DNA of 64,000 bases from Balanoglossus misakiensis (lineage: Eukaryota; Animalia; Hemichordata). Of the stretch, positions 13,201-43,073 are shown in pieces. Position numbers and translations under genes: made by a program. The stretch spans positions 8,499,403 to 8,563,402 of the forward strand of contig CM082587.2 in NCBI GenBank assembly GCA_040954595.2, read 5' to 3'. Numbering within the stretch: position 1 is the stretch's first letter; every line of letters starts with the position of its first letter. Under the pieces are notes generated by a model. The model was given only the letters and a program-made list of their open reading frames with translations, was not told the DNA's origin and did not search any database.

Positions 13201-16200
13201 TCTAACATGACTTTGTATAATGAGCGGAACTGACTGAAACCTTTTTTTTTTCATAAACTCTGAAATTAAGTCAAAGACTGAAAGAGCCAAGAAGAATAAT
13301 TATTGTTTTTGGAGGGCTACTGCTAGTACTTCTGAAGGAATACCATACGCAGAATATAGAGATGGATGTAGAACCAGGAGTATGAATAATCCCTGGTACT
13401 GAAACATTAAGACAAATCTGATTAACATAATTGCAAATAACTGGATCAAAATTAAAACTTACCATTCATAACATTCATTGCTTCAGTGGCATCATCCCGA
13501 GTTGTAAAATGTACAAAAGCATAATCTCTGATCTTCTTGACCCTTTCCACACATCCTTCTTTAACTTTGTTAAATTCTTTCTCAATTGTTTCTTCAGTTG
13601 TGTTTAGCATCAGATTACGCACATAAAGTACCTTCACCTGTAAAACAACAAAAAACGAACATTAGATTAGAACATAGTGCCACAAATGCCAATACATAGA
13701 CTAGTTCACAAATAATAAAATGAAAAAAAAAAAAAACCACAGCACAGCTCACTACACAAACAGCACTTCATTTACACCGTAACACACATTTTGCATATGA
13801 CGCAATTTTCAATCAGATCACCTCATAAAAATGCAAATTCGCACCACGTGAGAAATGTAACATAGAAGACCTAATAACACAATTGTGTTGTGATTAGATC
13901 AGTACATTATTGTTCTGTCACCATTAACCACTTGACCAATATGGGCATAACTCTACATTCATTCATGAATGAACGCAAACAGATTCAGAAGAAAAACCGT
14001 CAAAAGAAATAAGAACAATTTACAGACTGGGAAGTAACTTTTAAATTTATGAGTGACAAGAGTACGGCTAAAAATAACTTCCTATATACTTTTCAGTAAA
14101 GCTACCACTTTTGACCTGATAGAAAAAAAACCATCATAGGATTATATGTAATTGACCAAGTTTTTGGCCTATTTGCCGTGATTAGAGGTGTACTCAACAT
14201 CATCCTGTAATAAATTTCAATAGCATGACTCTTTTCTGTTTACACCAGTTTCACATCTACCTTCTCTGGAAATTTCAACATTTTCAAAGAATTGTGAAAA
14301 TAAGCATGTAGTGTGTGGTCCATCTAGAGCCCTGATAACACCTAACTGTTAAAGCATCAATGTGTTGTCATTTGTTGTGAGGTCGATCAGATATTGGAAT
14401 TGTCAGGGCTCTGAGATTTTGGCAAAACTGAAAGCACAGTCAGACAGACACACATCTTTTCTATTTTATTGCATGTGAAACCATGACATTGATGAATAAA
14501 CACATGGCAAATTTATCCATTTATTTATTTTAGGTGAGTTTACTCTCATACCTTACGAGCGGGATGGAAGTTGTGTGTGGTTGAACGTTCATTCACTACA
14601 TATACACATGTACATTAACATAAACTGTGTCTTGTATCAAGCAAATTTAATGGAAAAAGGGCAGCGAGAGAGAGACTTTGTCCCTTTAACACTGCACATA
14701 TGGAAAGTGTGAATTGTCCATGTTAATGAACACTAACAGGAAATACAAATTAACTGGTTGTTCTAAATGTTCTCAGGGGACAACTTAATGGCGTTTCACT
14801 TAACTTCCTACTGTGTTGCATATATGTACAGTGTATCAGTTACAGTGAAAACAGTTCTATGGCCACCAAGTCATAATGGCAGAACCAAAGTGAGATATCA
14901 CGATGTTATGCCTGATAGCCTCCATAAAGTGCCCACAATCAGTGTGTACAAGAACATGATTTAATTCTTCTTTTCCAGAGAAAGCAGACAAAAGCAACCG
15001 GGTGATAAAATTGATCAGCATTGGATAGAATTCAGACAAAAATCCATGCCACAATCTGTGAATTTGTACAGGTACTGGATATATTAGAGACTGTTACAAT
15101 ATATAATCTATACAGAGGCAGGAGATCACACCCCATTGGCAAGATAAGCAATGAACATAGCAACTATGGTATGCACTAATGGCACAGGTTGGTACAACTG
15201 CACTGAGCAAACATCTCCTCCATTCTTTATAATTTTCACTGCCACATTGCAAACTTAATTATGAAGAATTTAGAAGTGGTCACATTTTGGTCTTTCTTGT
15301 ACATGTATCTTCTATCATTTATGTGTTTTGAACACCAACAGAAGCAGTACCAATCATGTCTTCTCCTTTTCTAAAATTTAATAAATGTCAATGATGTTTA
15401 GACTTTAATTCAACAATCGTAAATTCTTTGATGTGAGACATGCCAACATGTGCTGTGCATATGTTTTGTGAACTATCATACATGTATTTCAGTAGAAGTA
15501 AAATGACGGAAACCCAAATGAGGAAATATAAAAGTATGGCAGTTGCAACTGTTAGTTAATCTGTCAGTGTAGTTAATATTACCTAATAAGTTACAAGTAT
15601 AACTGCTTTATCAAGGCATGCATATTCATAAACCCTTGGTTTAGATATAGATGTTCTGCAGCAAATGGCCAACACATAATATCACTGGTATGTGAGGATC
15701 CACTCATATATTCACTATATTTTCTTAAAAAAATCTTTGTATGCAGTGTTTGGGATATACAACACTGAGAATTAGAAAATGTCTTAAACCAATAAATGAT
15801 TTTGCATAACATTGCAGAAATTAGGACAAGTAAGAGCTGGTGGGGCAGTGAGATTCAACCCTTTTAAATTTAGACAATTTCACTTCAGAATTCGAAAAAG
15901 AAAAAAATCGAACTGGGTTAGTCACAAATGTCCAACCCAAGAATTATACTGCAACAATTCACAAACCAATGAAGAATTATACTGCAACAATTCACAAACC
16001 AATGAATTTTATGGCTTCTGTAACTTCCTCTAAATAAAATAAAATAAAATAAAATGAAATATACTATTTAATCAAAAAGCCACATTTGTATATCAAAAAT
16101 ATAAATAGTAAATGTCACACCAACTGAACCGTGCATTTTATGGCGATAAAATAACACCAAACAATGAGCCATTATTGTCTGTATGCATACAATGCATCAA

Positions 16201-19200
16201 CATTGTTGGCAAAGACGTCAAAGAAGCTAGTATTAGAGACAAGTACTGGTTGCTAACAGAGTGAAACTACATAATAATGCAATCTGTGACTAGTATTAAT
16301 GTGGATGACTGTGTAGAATTATAGGTACATTGCTAGCTCTTAACATTCTACTGTTTCATATTTCCAGATCCTTGGTAACAAATGGAATTTCTCTGGCCTG
16401 AGGCTTATGAGGGGGTTAGTATTCAAACTGATGTAAATTACTATTTATTAACAAAAAGTTTGTGGTATTTTCATAGCCAGACCATAGATGGTGTTCTTTT
16501 TCCCTATCTTGAAAAAGACATGTTTACTTTTTTTAATTCCTGCACAGGTCCTCATATGTGTGTCTAAGGTGTTGGCTTAAAGCATTCATTATACTTGTTC
16601 CTTGTTAATATTCTACTTGCCACAACCTACAACCCGGATTCATTCTGTGCATGATTCATACAGAGATCTGTACAGTTAGGACCACTAATTACCAATCTGT
16701 CAATATATCCACTTTTAATATCACATCACTGTAAAAAGGTCTATCCACAGAATTGAACCAGTCCACACACCTGATATCACATTTTCTATTTCTCATAAGT
16801 CCATTTGTACACATTCTGATGCAGCTAGTTGTATTGCTTGCAAAGTGCCCCTCCCACCAGCACTTCATAATCTGTGTTGCCTATATCAACACTATTCATT
16901 ATTGTCAGTTTTCTGAACAAATTTGACAAAGGAATGTGTAAATGCTGTCTACCAAATAAGCAACAGTCTAACTTTGTCAGTTTTACGAGCTAAGCAAAGT
17001 TGTATTTATGAGAAGAGACATGTCCAGACAATGAACCACATAACATATATGTAAAATTGTGATCTGAAGATTATGAACATTTCATTATTGAAAGAGTTTG
17101 GGGGGGGGGGAAATGAGAAGTGTTTGAATGAGAAAAACATGGAAATTTGACATTTTGTCTCACTGGCTCTCATACTATATATAGGAGTTTCAAAAAAACT
17201 GGACTATTCAAAATTTGATAGCAATTACCGTTTGCTCGCTGTTATCATAACTGGACCCTGCATAAGCTTTATATTGGCAAACTTGTTCTGGACTTTGGAC
17301 AGTGGCAAATTTTAGCTGCTAGTCCCAGCAAAAAAAAAAAAAAAAAAAACTGACCAGAATCATCTAGTCTTTTACTGTTCAATTATTTCTTACAAATACT
17401 TATGAATGCATGTGATCAGTTTTCATATTAATCTGGATTGGACAACCTAGTTTGAGTAATTGTGCAATATGTGGGTGTGATTGAGCCACGTGGCAATACC
17501 TGCAGTACCACAATCTTGTATCTAATCTGACATCAATAATGACCTACCGGGCTAGCTGGAAAAGTCAGACATATTGTGTATCAGACTACATGTTAAATTT
17601 CAAGTATTTTAGACCACAAAAGTCAGAAGTACATTTCAGTTATACTTGCAGATTCATGTTATCTGCATACTATTAATTTTGTTATTACTCATAGATGAAC
17701 ATAGAAATAGGATTATCAATACTGCACCTAATGAATATTTATTGTCTAGACTTGTCTGTCTGTTGCTCCCATTCTGGTTTGAATAACTTAATTATTAGCG
17801 CACATGTGTGTACCTCCATGTTAAAATGGCAGATTTTGCCTTTTTGCAATGCACTGTGGGCTTTTGATATCCTGTCTGTTGACAATTCAATACTACTGGT
17901 AGAACTTGGAAAGGTGCCTGGATATCTTGATTTACTTTTTGATTTCTACGCTTGATGGCTGTGTTTACTTTTGATTCATGGATTTATTTAATTTAAGTTG
18001 GCTTTACAGGTTTAAAAAAATGCAAAGACATTCAACTCATTTTCAGGAGCACTGTTACAAAAATATGCATTACTTTCAAGTGTTTTAGTAAAGCTAATTG
18101 ATCCACTTACAAGAAGAATGTTAAGAAGGTCTCTTTGTCACCATTTATTACTAGTAAAGTAGTATACTATTAGACAAAAAACAACATATAAGTTTAAGTC
18201 TTTCATTACTTCCTGGTTAAAATCACAGTGTTCATACAGAATGGCTGTGTAAAAGGACATGTTTGATCCTATCAATCACAGTCTGGGAGAAAGCTTTTCA
18301 TCTTACATGACACCGATAGCTCTTTTCTCATATAAATCAAGGAGAAAATACTTGTCTTCACTGGCTAGGCTTACAGTTACACTGGTGGTTGTCATCTACA
18401 CTTGCTATCACTTTGGACAGTAAGTTTAAGACACAGCTATACTCTTTTTAGTATTACCAAGGCAAAAGCAGCATGCAACAGTTGAATATGGAATGACCAT
18501 GCACGGACTGGTGTTGGAAATTTACCAATCTGAACTTTGCTCAGCACTCAGATAATCCTATCAATGACAATGTGGAGACAATGGAGTTCAAGGCATATAT
18601 CAATCTAGTTAGTAATACGCATACCTGTTATGACTAGTCTGATCACATGTGCTGACTTGCACAAATGACACGTTGCTTGGCAATTTATAATACTCCTTTT
18701 TGCTTTAATTCAGAAGTCTAGTTTTTGACAATTTCAAATTTAATAAAGCGTATAGTTACATTTTATAATAATTGGCATATATTAAATATATATTCACTGG
18801 ATTACATATTAATTGTATAATTGGATTATAGGTTTGGTCTTCTTTACAATAAGGCTTTAAATTTTGCATCTTATCACAAATGGTATCTCCTCAGGCTATA
18901 CAATCAGAATTTACAGTAAAGACAGAACAAACAAAACTGGCTTGGGACAAAAAGAAAATTTGATATGGCTATCTAAACAAGTGGCTACATGACAAACTGT
19001 CTCTGTCCTAATTTCTGGTACACAACATAGTGAAAAAAATGACTGTGAAGACATTACTTATAATATTTTCAAATGATAAATATTTGCATTGAAGATCGAG
19101 GCATGCTAATTGCTTATTGTAATTTATGAAGCTAACAGCTAGAAAATGAGAACTTTGTATAGCCACTATATCCAGACAGTGGCTGATATTTGTTGTCACA

Positions 19201-22200
19201 TTACCTGCTGGGACTAGTATACCTTACAGGTAAGGTATATTCTTCTCAGCTATTACCTGGCACTGGCACATAAAAATAAGAAAATTAAAGTTCTAAAGAG
19301 CGAAACCTAGTGTTGTAGTGGTTTTAAAGACTTCAAATATGTTAAAGGCCCGGCACTGCTGTTCCCAATATTATGGTAGTTAATCACAGGGTATGGTTTT
19401 AGCTGTGGTAACAAATGTGGGCCAGCCAAGAGCATGGTTCCACCTGACCCACCTGACGACCTCTGACCTGGACTTTACATTACATGTGGAGACACATAAA
19501 ATCAAATAATAATGGCGTGAGAAATCAAGTAATTCAGTGAAGAAATTAAACTGTCTACACACCGGGTGAATAAATTATTACATCAGGCGAGCAATACATT
19601 TAACAATTTTAAGACAAATTAGATTTAGATAATATCTCATTTATGGAAATCAGAATCTTGATAGAGCTGCCATACACACATGCTTTTAACTTACAAGTAA
19701 CAACTAAGCTTCGTTGAAACTTTCCAGGGTCAACTTTAAAATGTGAATTGTCAGAAACCTTGAGTAATTTATTAACATCCATGAGTTCCAAAGTTTTCCT
19801 TTTTATTACAACTTTTAACGAATCTCACATAAATTTTTTCAGGTACAGGTAGGCAGAAAGGGTACGCTGGTGTCCTAATTAAAGTGGCTCATTACCTCAG
19901 GTCCCCCACCACGAATGGAACTTGTTGAAGGCTTTACTTGGCCACTTGGCCTTTTTATTCTCCTTAGAGTATTGTCAATAGTTGTTCAGAATCCAGAGGA
20001 ATTGCCAGTCTTGTACAGACCTGTTAAACTCCATTGGGTATACTGTGAAGGTCATTCAAGGGCTATCATCATTGTCCGATGGCTCCCTTTCACAGAGGAT
20101 AGCTTGGTGTGCTTACATATCTCATCCTTGGTTATAGTCTAGTGAACAACAATGACTCATGCCTGAATTAGGAAAGTGTGGTACGTACCACCACCACCAT
20201 AGAAATTACTATCTTGATATTCTGCAGAATGCTAAACAGTAGGTAGAAAGCTGAATTTGTTGGAGAAATGATGAAAATAACTAGTTTATTGGCTCTGTCC
20301 ACAAATTAACACATTTTTTTTTTTTTACTTTTGCTTGGTTTGTATATCTCACACTCTTTGCCTTCAGGGGTAGGGTCAACCTTCACAATCAAACCACTTA
20401 GTTTAATAGAATTAGTTTGCTCAATAACACTTCCAAGATTTGATTACTTCCATTTCACAGAGCATTTTATCCTATTAAAGACATATTAGTATCACTTTAA
20501 TAGAATCATGTTGTGTATTGTGTTTTCGATACTGTGGGTTTATTATTTGCATTCTTCTATAATGCTAACTTCTGTAGTAACACTAACACTGTCATACCTC
20601 TATCTGCATTCCTGTAAACACTTTCACAAAATGAAAGTGCTCACATTCATTAGTTTCATACACCATTATCTTTTGCAAATACATGAGGACAGACATACAG
20701 CGGTACACAATTGAGTTGTATTATAAAAAAATACAATGAAGAAGACAGTAATGTTCTCTGGTTACAGTTTTAAGCATGGGTGTCTGCAGAATGAGACACT
20801 ATACAAACATTAGTCAGGTAGTTTTTTTTTTCTTGAAGGCAAATTAGTTAATCAGTATTTCAAAATATAAATACCAACCAGGCTCACTGACTGGATTATC
20901 TATTAAAGGAATATAAGATTGAAACAGGAAGTGCTACAGTATGTAAACCTTCCAGGTGAATAAAAACAGAAATTTATCCTCCACCTTCAGGATTCAAGTA
21001 TGCATGGACGATTGCACAACACGCCACACAAACTTGGCATATGTCCAACACGCCATTTCATTGTTGGAGCATGTCTATACTTCTACAAGCTTCCAATCCA
21101 AAGTTCACGATCACAGTAACTTTTCATACCAAGTGTCTTTAATCTGGCAAGAAGATTTTCATTCGTAAAGGTAAGAATAGTTAAAACCAGCCGATCATTT
21201 AGGAGAAAGGAGTGCTGGTATAAAATAAACAGCTGCTAAGATAGCATAACACACACGTGTATAGCTGTATGGAAGGGTAACTATAGAATCAATCAATCCT
21301 GCTGGCACATGTCCAATATTGTTCAGTGAAAATGTGAAGTTTCATCGGAATTCAATTGATATTACCCTAAACAATGCATTATACACTTAAAAAACAATGG
21401 CATTTTACTAGTCCACGTTTCTTTAACTTATTTTTGAAGAACACAGATATACTTTGTCATGTTTATACAAGAGAGGGCTTATCCCAATATCCACAGGCTG
21501 CCAATGATACCTAAAATTAAATGTTGTACAACTGCAATTTACTTAAAATATAGTCATGACTTTATAAAATTAAGACAAGAAATTTACAGGTTAACTATTA
21601 GCTACAACTTGGAGTGCAGGTCATAGATGGCTTCATCTTACTTTTGAAAACTCTTCACTGCAGGTTTTGAAATTATCATCAACTTATCAAGGTATACATA
21701 CAAAATTTGCTGAAACAAATTCGTTTTCGACTTGATCATTTTCAAACTGACAGCTTAATTCGTCAATTGAAATCTTTATTCAAATGGGACAGTATTTGTT
21801 TGTTGCCCTTTGCAAAATATATTTGTTCTGTGATACTCGATTACTTATTAATTTGTAGCACTGCATTCAGCAATTCATAACTATACCCAATATCTAGAGT
21901 TATACTGCATATATGTTTCTCTGTCCACATAAGTTATAATGTTAAAACAATCAGAATGCTAAATATTTGATATTCATTCGTGATTTTGACAGGGAAATAA
22001 AAGAAATCAAAACGAAACCACGGAATGTCCCGGTGTCCCGCCATGTTGGTTGTTGAACAGCAATGGAGACGACTCCACCCCCTTAGAAAACATGGCCACA
22101 AGTGTTTCTCAACCCTTACAACTTTTAAAAACTGCTAGCGCTACCGCTATTCTCTGCATATTCATTTTGTTACATTTATATAGCAAGTGCTTCGATTATC

Positions 22201-23577
22201 AAGTCAAAATTAAGTCGTGGGAGAGTTTAAGTGACGAATTTTCGTTTTACACCCAGAACGCAACTTCCAAGCACCCTTCAGGTCAATGAAAACGGTTGAC
22301 CCCAAACGACATGCGCATACGTATTGCAGCCGGCATTTCTTTATTCCTTGACAATGTGTGTGAAGTGTACTGTCACTGAAATCATAGCTATTCTCTACAT
22401 AAATATCATGTTGAAATATTAAAACACCACCCCTCCCTTCTGTACTCATAAAAATCAGTCAAAAGGAAGCCATCGGGTGCCACCAGTTTGAACACCTGAT
22501 CTCGCCCGCACATATTTGCACAGCGCATCGGACCACTATGCCTTGTTCCCGGTATCGGTACGGTCTCTTCTTTTTTCGTAAATAAGAAAAATATTTGACG
22601 ATTCCGTGATACATTTCAATGCCACACAGTTGGATACACTATAAAAGCGTTAACGGGCCCAAACAACAATGTGATACAAGTCAAATTGCCTGCTTTTCTG
22701 AACTAAAATAAACAAACTTTCAATAATTTGTCAATATTTTGGTGGTTTCATTCCGCCCTGACCGACAAGACGTTCGAAGTTGTCGTCTGCAACAATTCTT
22801 GGTCAAATTTACTGAATGCATCAATGTCTGACTTACCGTTTTCATTATATCTTCGTCAACTTCTTGTTCAGGTTCGGCCCAATCAACAGCAATTTGGTGG
22901 CCCCATAGCTGTATTCTGCCTGGAATGAGTTTTCTTCTTGCCATTGCAGCAGCGCGGTGATTTTCATATTCGACGAATGCAAAACCTCGGTTCTTAGTTT
23001 TGTCCGTGGCACTTGGATAGACAATAACATCAACTACACCTTCAGTTACTTTTTGCATTTCATGAAGTATTTCGTCCCTTTTCTTGTTCTTTGGTATACC
23101 TCCTACAAACAGCCGGCAATTGTCAACACTTGCGCAAACGCCAAGATATCGCCCTTTCCGAATTTCATAGTTGTTCAGTTGTTTGATGGCTTTTTTTGCG
23201 TCCTCCTTGTTCGTGTACATGACGAATGCATAGCCACGATTATTGCCACTAAAGTCCATCATCAGTCTCATTTCATAGATTTTGCCCAGGGATTGAAATA
23301 CCGGCACCAGCTCGTCCTCAAACAGATCTCGTGGTATCTTACCAACGAAAATTTCACATCCACGACCGGGCGCTACTCCTTCCCAACCCGGTGGTGGTCC
23401 TCCATACTTTCGCTGTCCATTTTCTTGGATGATGTTGAATCCCGTACGCTCCATCAACTGCAAAAGAGCTGTCTCGTTCCTTGCTCCAGCAACCCCTTCT
23501 GGAGCGTTCATTTTGCCGCCGGTCTCCATGTCGCTTGCCTGGGTGTTGGGCACAACTACACTATCTTCTGCGGTCAT
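7292..23577 (-). CDS. A1CF: APOBEC1 complementation factor / RBM47-RBM46-family RNA-binding protein (3 RRMs, RG-rich region, dsRBD-like domain); 9 coding exons
   Basis: Exons 23577-22837, 13637-13463, 12945-12732, 12332-12173, 11416-11327, 10208-10107, 9778-9649, 9360-9166 and 7395-7292 are all GT-AG and phase-consistent. Family motifs: [109 protein letters not shown]. Confidence 0.93.
14517..14689. mobile_element. Partial copy of a TTAA-flanked palindromic MITE (family of 61129-61460)
   Basis: Ends gggcagcgagagagagactttgtccctttaa. The internal ggatggaagttgtgtgtggttgaacg is shared with the copies at 58341 and 61129. Confidence 0.75.
15939..16005. repeat. 33-bp tandem duplication (intronic)
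   Basis: aagaattatactgcaacaattcacaaaccaatg occurs twice in tandem. Confidence 0.85.
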
Positions 23578-24287
23578 CGCGGTGGACTTTGAAACAGCAT
23601 GTGATAATGTTAGCTTCAAGCGGCGGGTGAATTGCACCTGAGCGATATCTCCACTATCAACACAAATCTAAGTGCTCTGTGAATGCAAATGAAACGAGCA
23701 ATTTTATTGGAAGAAAGTTGTCAGATGACAACAGACAAAGGGGACTGATTCTTGTCGTAGGACCTGCAAATCAAGTTCTTAAAGTTTGAACCGACAGGGA
23801 TTTGCATGTTTAAAATACCCAGCGCGCCGACATCACGAATTTGTTCTGACTTGCTGTGTTGGCGCATAATTTTACGACCATGGGATGAACCAATCAGAGA
23901 CGTTGTTTTACACCCACGATATATTGTTTCAGCATCTCGGCCAACCTGCTATGCCAGCTAAACCGATTTACACTTACTGCAAACAAGACAAAGTTTCATC
24001 CTACACTGATAACGATTAACTTGAGCAAAAAGTCTCACTGGAAATTTCCAGATTTCCCCACTTCGCACTGAATTATTGTTTTGTCAACTTCAGTTACGTG
24101 TCTACTAGGTGTGACAAGGTAACGATCACACGTGAAATTCGTTCAACCTTACACATAATCGACGGTGCTATTTTTAATACGCTCCCCGAAATCGGCGTCA
24201 CGGTGAGTGCTACGGTTTGATAAATTGCCCTTCTAATCGGCGATGCTATCTCAAAACGGATTACACACCAGCTACAGTTTTGCTTAC

Positions 24288-24400
24288 CTGGGACCGCGTG
24301 TCAAGCCTTGCAAGAAAAAAAAATCTCCCGGACAGCACCGAGTGTGAACGTGTTTGCCGTGGCTGGTAGTACAACTGTGATAAGAAAGCCTATTGATATC
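24288..24400 (-). other. Probable 5' non-coding exon of the A1CF-like gene (5' boundary approximate)
   Basis: A minus-strand donor CCCAG|GTAAGC at 24288 could join the acceptor CAG|GTG at 23637, upstream of the ATG at 23577. The region is CpG-richer. Confidence 0.4.
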
Positions 24401-26329
24401 CAAAAGATGTTTTCCATACCTGTTTACTTCTTTTATTGTGTTGCTAATGTTTTACGGCTTTTCTTTTTAGGGGTGCGGGGAGGTCATTAAACACAATACA
24501 GTTTTCAACGATCCCGCCCTATGTGTCCGAACATGTTCATTCATCGCTTATTCGACTAGCGTATCGCACATTGCGTGTACGTGTGTTGTTGTTTTTTCCT
24601 CCGAGAACTACCACATGTGCACAATTTTGCAAGCAGTGTTGCATGTTGCTGTCGAAAAACATGGCAAATTGCATCTTAAAGTTCAAATTCAAGTTCACTG
24701 AAAATGTCATTCCTCTAATTATCAACACGAAGCCTTCGGTGCCTGAGAACTACACGCCCTTCGATACACTAGCAGTGTAAGATATTATAGGCCTAGGTCT
24801 ACTCGCCATCAATCTGTAGTTTGAAAGTGATTTAGACCTAAGCTTACGACCTATTCCTTGCACCAGCTTACGGCACTACAGAGCTGAGACAACGATATGG
24901 CAGACACTTGTCGAAGCTAACCGTGTGCATTTCACTTCAACAACGAAGTGGGTCCCTGGGGAACAATTCACCTCACACCAATTCACGTGTCACCGTCTAT
25001 AATGTCCCCTAGTTAATGAAGCAGATTGAAAGAAAGCAAAAACGTTCCACTACAAGTAGGGCCTATTCAGTAGGATATGCCGTCCGAAGTGCATATCGGC
25101 CTGAATTAGTCAAAAAATTCCAAGAATATCAGACGAACCAAAATCCAAATCTCAGTCACGCCGTAGGCTATGCCCCAATTCTGGACTTTTTTCACATATT
25201 CGGATATCGTCGGCAACATAATTTAAAAGGGATACGACTTACCGGCAAGACGGTTTGTAGGGCAAGACAATCTGTTAAATGTGAGGAAAGCTGAAGTAAC
25301 TGTCTGTTGCGCTGCTATGTTACTAAGACAGTGTGTACTGTGTAGACCCGTCCTCGTCAATGATACACACATGCACTATCACTGAATCATCGCCTTCATT
25401 CACTTTCTCACTATGTTGAACCCACCCATTTGTTGCGCATATTCATTGTAATGTTAAATTACATAGGGAAACCAAAGTCTCGCGAAGAATGTGTCACTAT
25501 GGAAACTGACCAACTTGCCAATATTAAGTAGGGCAAAGTTTAACATGTTCGTCTTTTAATGTAGCAACATGCATGTGGCCTGCAGTAGACATAGCGGTAA
25601 AGCTAATATTAACGTGACAGGGACGTGTATGGACAGGTACATTATAATACAACTCCGTCAAGTTATGCTAATAAGTTAGACAAACAACTTTTCATTGAAG
25701 CCCTAACCCGTGAACCGTAGCGTGGTCACTCGATTCATTCTGAGCAGAATATGTGAGGACACAATACACTATAGGAGAGACAACAGAACATGACCGGGGA
25801 ACAAATACGACCCACAAATGAAAGAATGCCACCACAGGTTGCTACGGTGAAAAAGATTTCACTAGAATCATGGCGCATTAGCCGAGTGCTGCGAATATTG
25901 CCAGGGAAACAAGTAAACAATGTAATATTATGGGATGTTGGGTGATGGTTTTCTTGTCCAGCCGACGACTACAGTTGAGAGAGTGACTAACACCAGGCTG
26001 TACAACATACTTAGTGCGTTTTTTTCCTATGCGCTTCCAGTTGTTATTCTATTGGCTGACATGTTTCTCTTTTTCAGTGACGTAATCTCGTTATCAAAGC
26101 TTAATTAAATTTAAATATTGTATGATATTAACGATGTGTTGTTTGTCATTTAGATTTTTTATATTCAACCTTTGTCAAGTCCGATCGATGATTCCACAGC
26201 GTTCAAACGCGCAATGCACGAACGGAATCTTTCTTCAATCAGGAAAATTAAAATTGGCAAAGGAATGACATGAGACAACGTCGTCATAATTACTGTGACA
26301 CCACGCGAAAACGGTTTGAGTCTTACTAG

Positions 26330-26732
26330 TACTACCGTTTTCATTTTAGCACCCCGAAACACTGATAAGAACTCCAATATAATTAGCCAGAGTAAACTGA
26401 GATTGCTATGCTGAAGTCGGCATATGATTACATTTGCAATGATCATTATAACTGATTACATAGCTCTGTATCAACATGTACCACAGGGGGCATCCTGCTT
26501 CAAAACTGACACTGTGTAAAATCTCTTTACAAATGTGTACACATGTGTTTTAGACATGTTCGAAGCAGGACACCCCCCAGAGTGTGTTGATACAGAACTG
26601 CTCTAATCAGTTCTAATGATCAAAACGAACGTAACCAGATGCTGACTTCAGCATAAAAATCTCAGTTTACTCTGGCTAATTATATTGGAGTTCTTATCAG
26701 TGTTTCGGGTCGCTAAAATGACAACGGTAGTA
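26330..26732. mobile_element. ~400-bp palindromic TA-flanked MITE/foldback element
   Basis: tactaccgttttcattttagcaccccgaaacactgataagaactcc... is the reverse complement of ...ggagttcttatcagtgtttcgggtcgctaaaatgacaacggtagta. Pairing continues to the centre. Confidence 0.85.
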
Positions 26733-28662
26733 AGTGTTTGCGTTCAATCTGGAGTCAACGCTCAAGGAGTCTATGGGTATACTTAAAACATGTATCGACA
26801 TGAACGTCATTCAACTGCCGATAAACAAAATAAAGTGTCAATGAATTTCGCATTGAAAGCCACATCCAATTCCGTGCCTCAATTGATTCTATTACTGTAC
26901 AGCTTTTCGAATTTCATTGTAAACTGCACACACACAAAAACCATGGTCAATCGCCTGGAAGTTTGATGGTCACGCGAGATTGTCCATGTCTGATGGTCAC
27001 GTGAGATTATCCTCAAATCGTTCCTCCTATTCCGAATCTCGATATGCGGGACAATATGAATGGCTTCATGTGCGAAAATGTCAATCAAGTTATATAGGCC
27101 TATGTCGGAATCATCTTGAATAGAATTACATGAAATAGCTGGATCTATAAGGGAACTGCTAAAAAGTGCGGGCTGTGGGTTTCGGGCTGCTGGGTTGCAG
27201 GTCGTGGGCTTCAGAATTATGCATTCACGTTAATTATGTATAATAAAAAGATAGAAAATAAAGAAAACACCTCTGTCAAGTCAGGTGATGACAAAATAAG
27301 CAACTATTGCATGATATTGGTCCATGCCACTCAGCTTTCTACTAGTAGGTCATTGAGATCGATTCTGCTATGGCATACCATTTTGTTTTGATGATTTCCG
27401 TTACTTTGTGATGGTAGCAACTCGGATGATCAAAATCTGTTATAGGTTTTCACTCCACCAGAACATAGACCTGGTTCAGTGGTTGGAAATAAGGGCTCTA
27501 CCTGATATACGCCATTTTATTCATCATCGAAAACCACACCGCCAGCGGTGATAATTTAGTTTTGTTTGTCTTTCGATGAGTACCCACACCAGCACTGCAC
27601 CATAGACTACTATCAGTCAGACTTGGAAAAGATGGCACATATACAGAAGACGGATAAAGTTGGAAATTCAGGGAATATATTGATTCGTTAACAAAACTGA
27701 TTCAGGCATTGAACATCCGAGTTAGACTATTTAACTACAGTCTCTTGTGAGCTGAAGATGCTGCCACGCCCCTAGTTCAAATCGATCACGCAAATATAAT
27801 CATATCACACCTAGACATGTAATTGCTCCAGGCTGAATCTATAAGTCCCCAATCATACAGCACCCCGGTTGAGAAATATGCGTTAAGTTTGGCTGCCAAT
27901 GGATACTATTAAATAATCTTTTCTACGAGAAAATGTCTTTGATCACGTGCGTGATTTACTTTCATTGGTTTGAATACAAAGCAATCACTTCCCCATTCCC
28001 TACCGCCCGACACTACGTTCTGATAATCCTCCTTGCGAAAGGTAGGCATTTTGGTGTGGCCACAAATAACTTCGTGACTCTTTCCTGCGTCAAATACATG
28101 AATGGAATGATGTAAAGTTTAGTGATACTGCATGAGTGATACTGTAGTCTGGTTCCCTGACCCGTATTCCCCGGTAGAGGGCGTGGGGGAAAATGGACCA
28201 CCCTGGGACCCTATATTCTTATGGGGTGCCGTTTGTTAACTTATTATCTAGCTATATTATTTGTTCAAAAGTCGTTATTTAACATACTTAATATATGTAT
28301 ATAACTGAAGATTTGCAAACCATTTAAGTCCTGATAATTTACATTGTATTTATAAATAATATCAAGTCGACTCAATTATATACATATAATTGAGTGATTA
28401 TGAAACATGTGAATCCGTTGCTGAGTAAAACACAGGGTCTTTCAGACGGTTTGCGCAATCTCTACACAAACAACCACTAATTGCCTTTCATGTGCGAAGA
28501 AGTTCTCCCCTTACAATTATGGAGAAGTCCTGGTTGACGTCAATTAACCTGCCATAACAAAACAGGTTGAAACAAAATATGCCTATGAGTTCTCAGAGCC
28601 TGCAACGAACACGATTCAACACTAGCAACGATAGCACCAAGAACTACAACAACGGCGACGAA

Positions 28663-43073
<14,411 letters not shown>

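Noticed and set aside
22957-23592. 211-aa + strand ORF
   Set aside because: It is the antisense shadow of A1CF exon 1, with no recognisable motifs.
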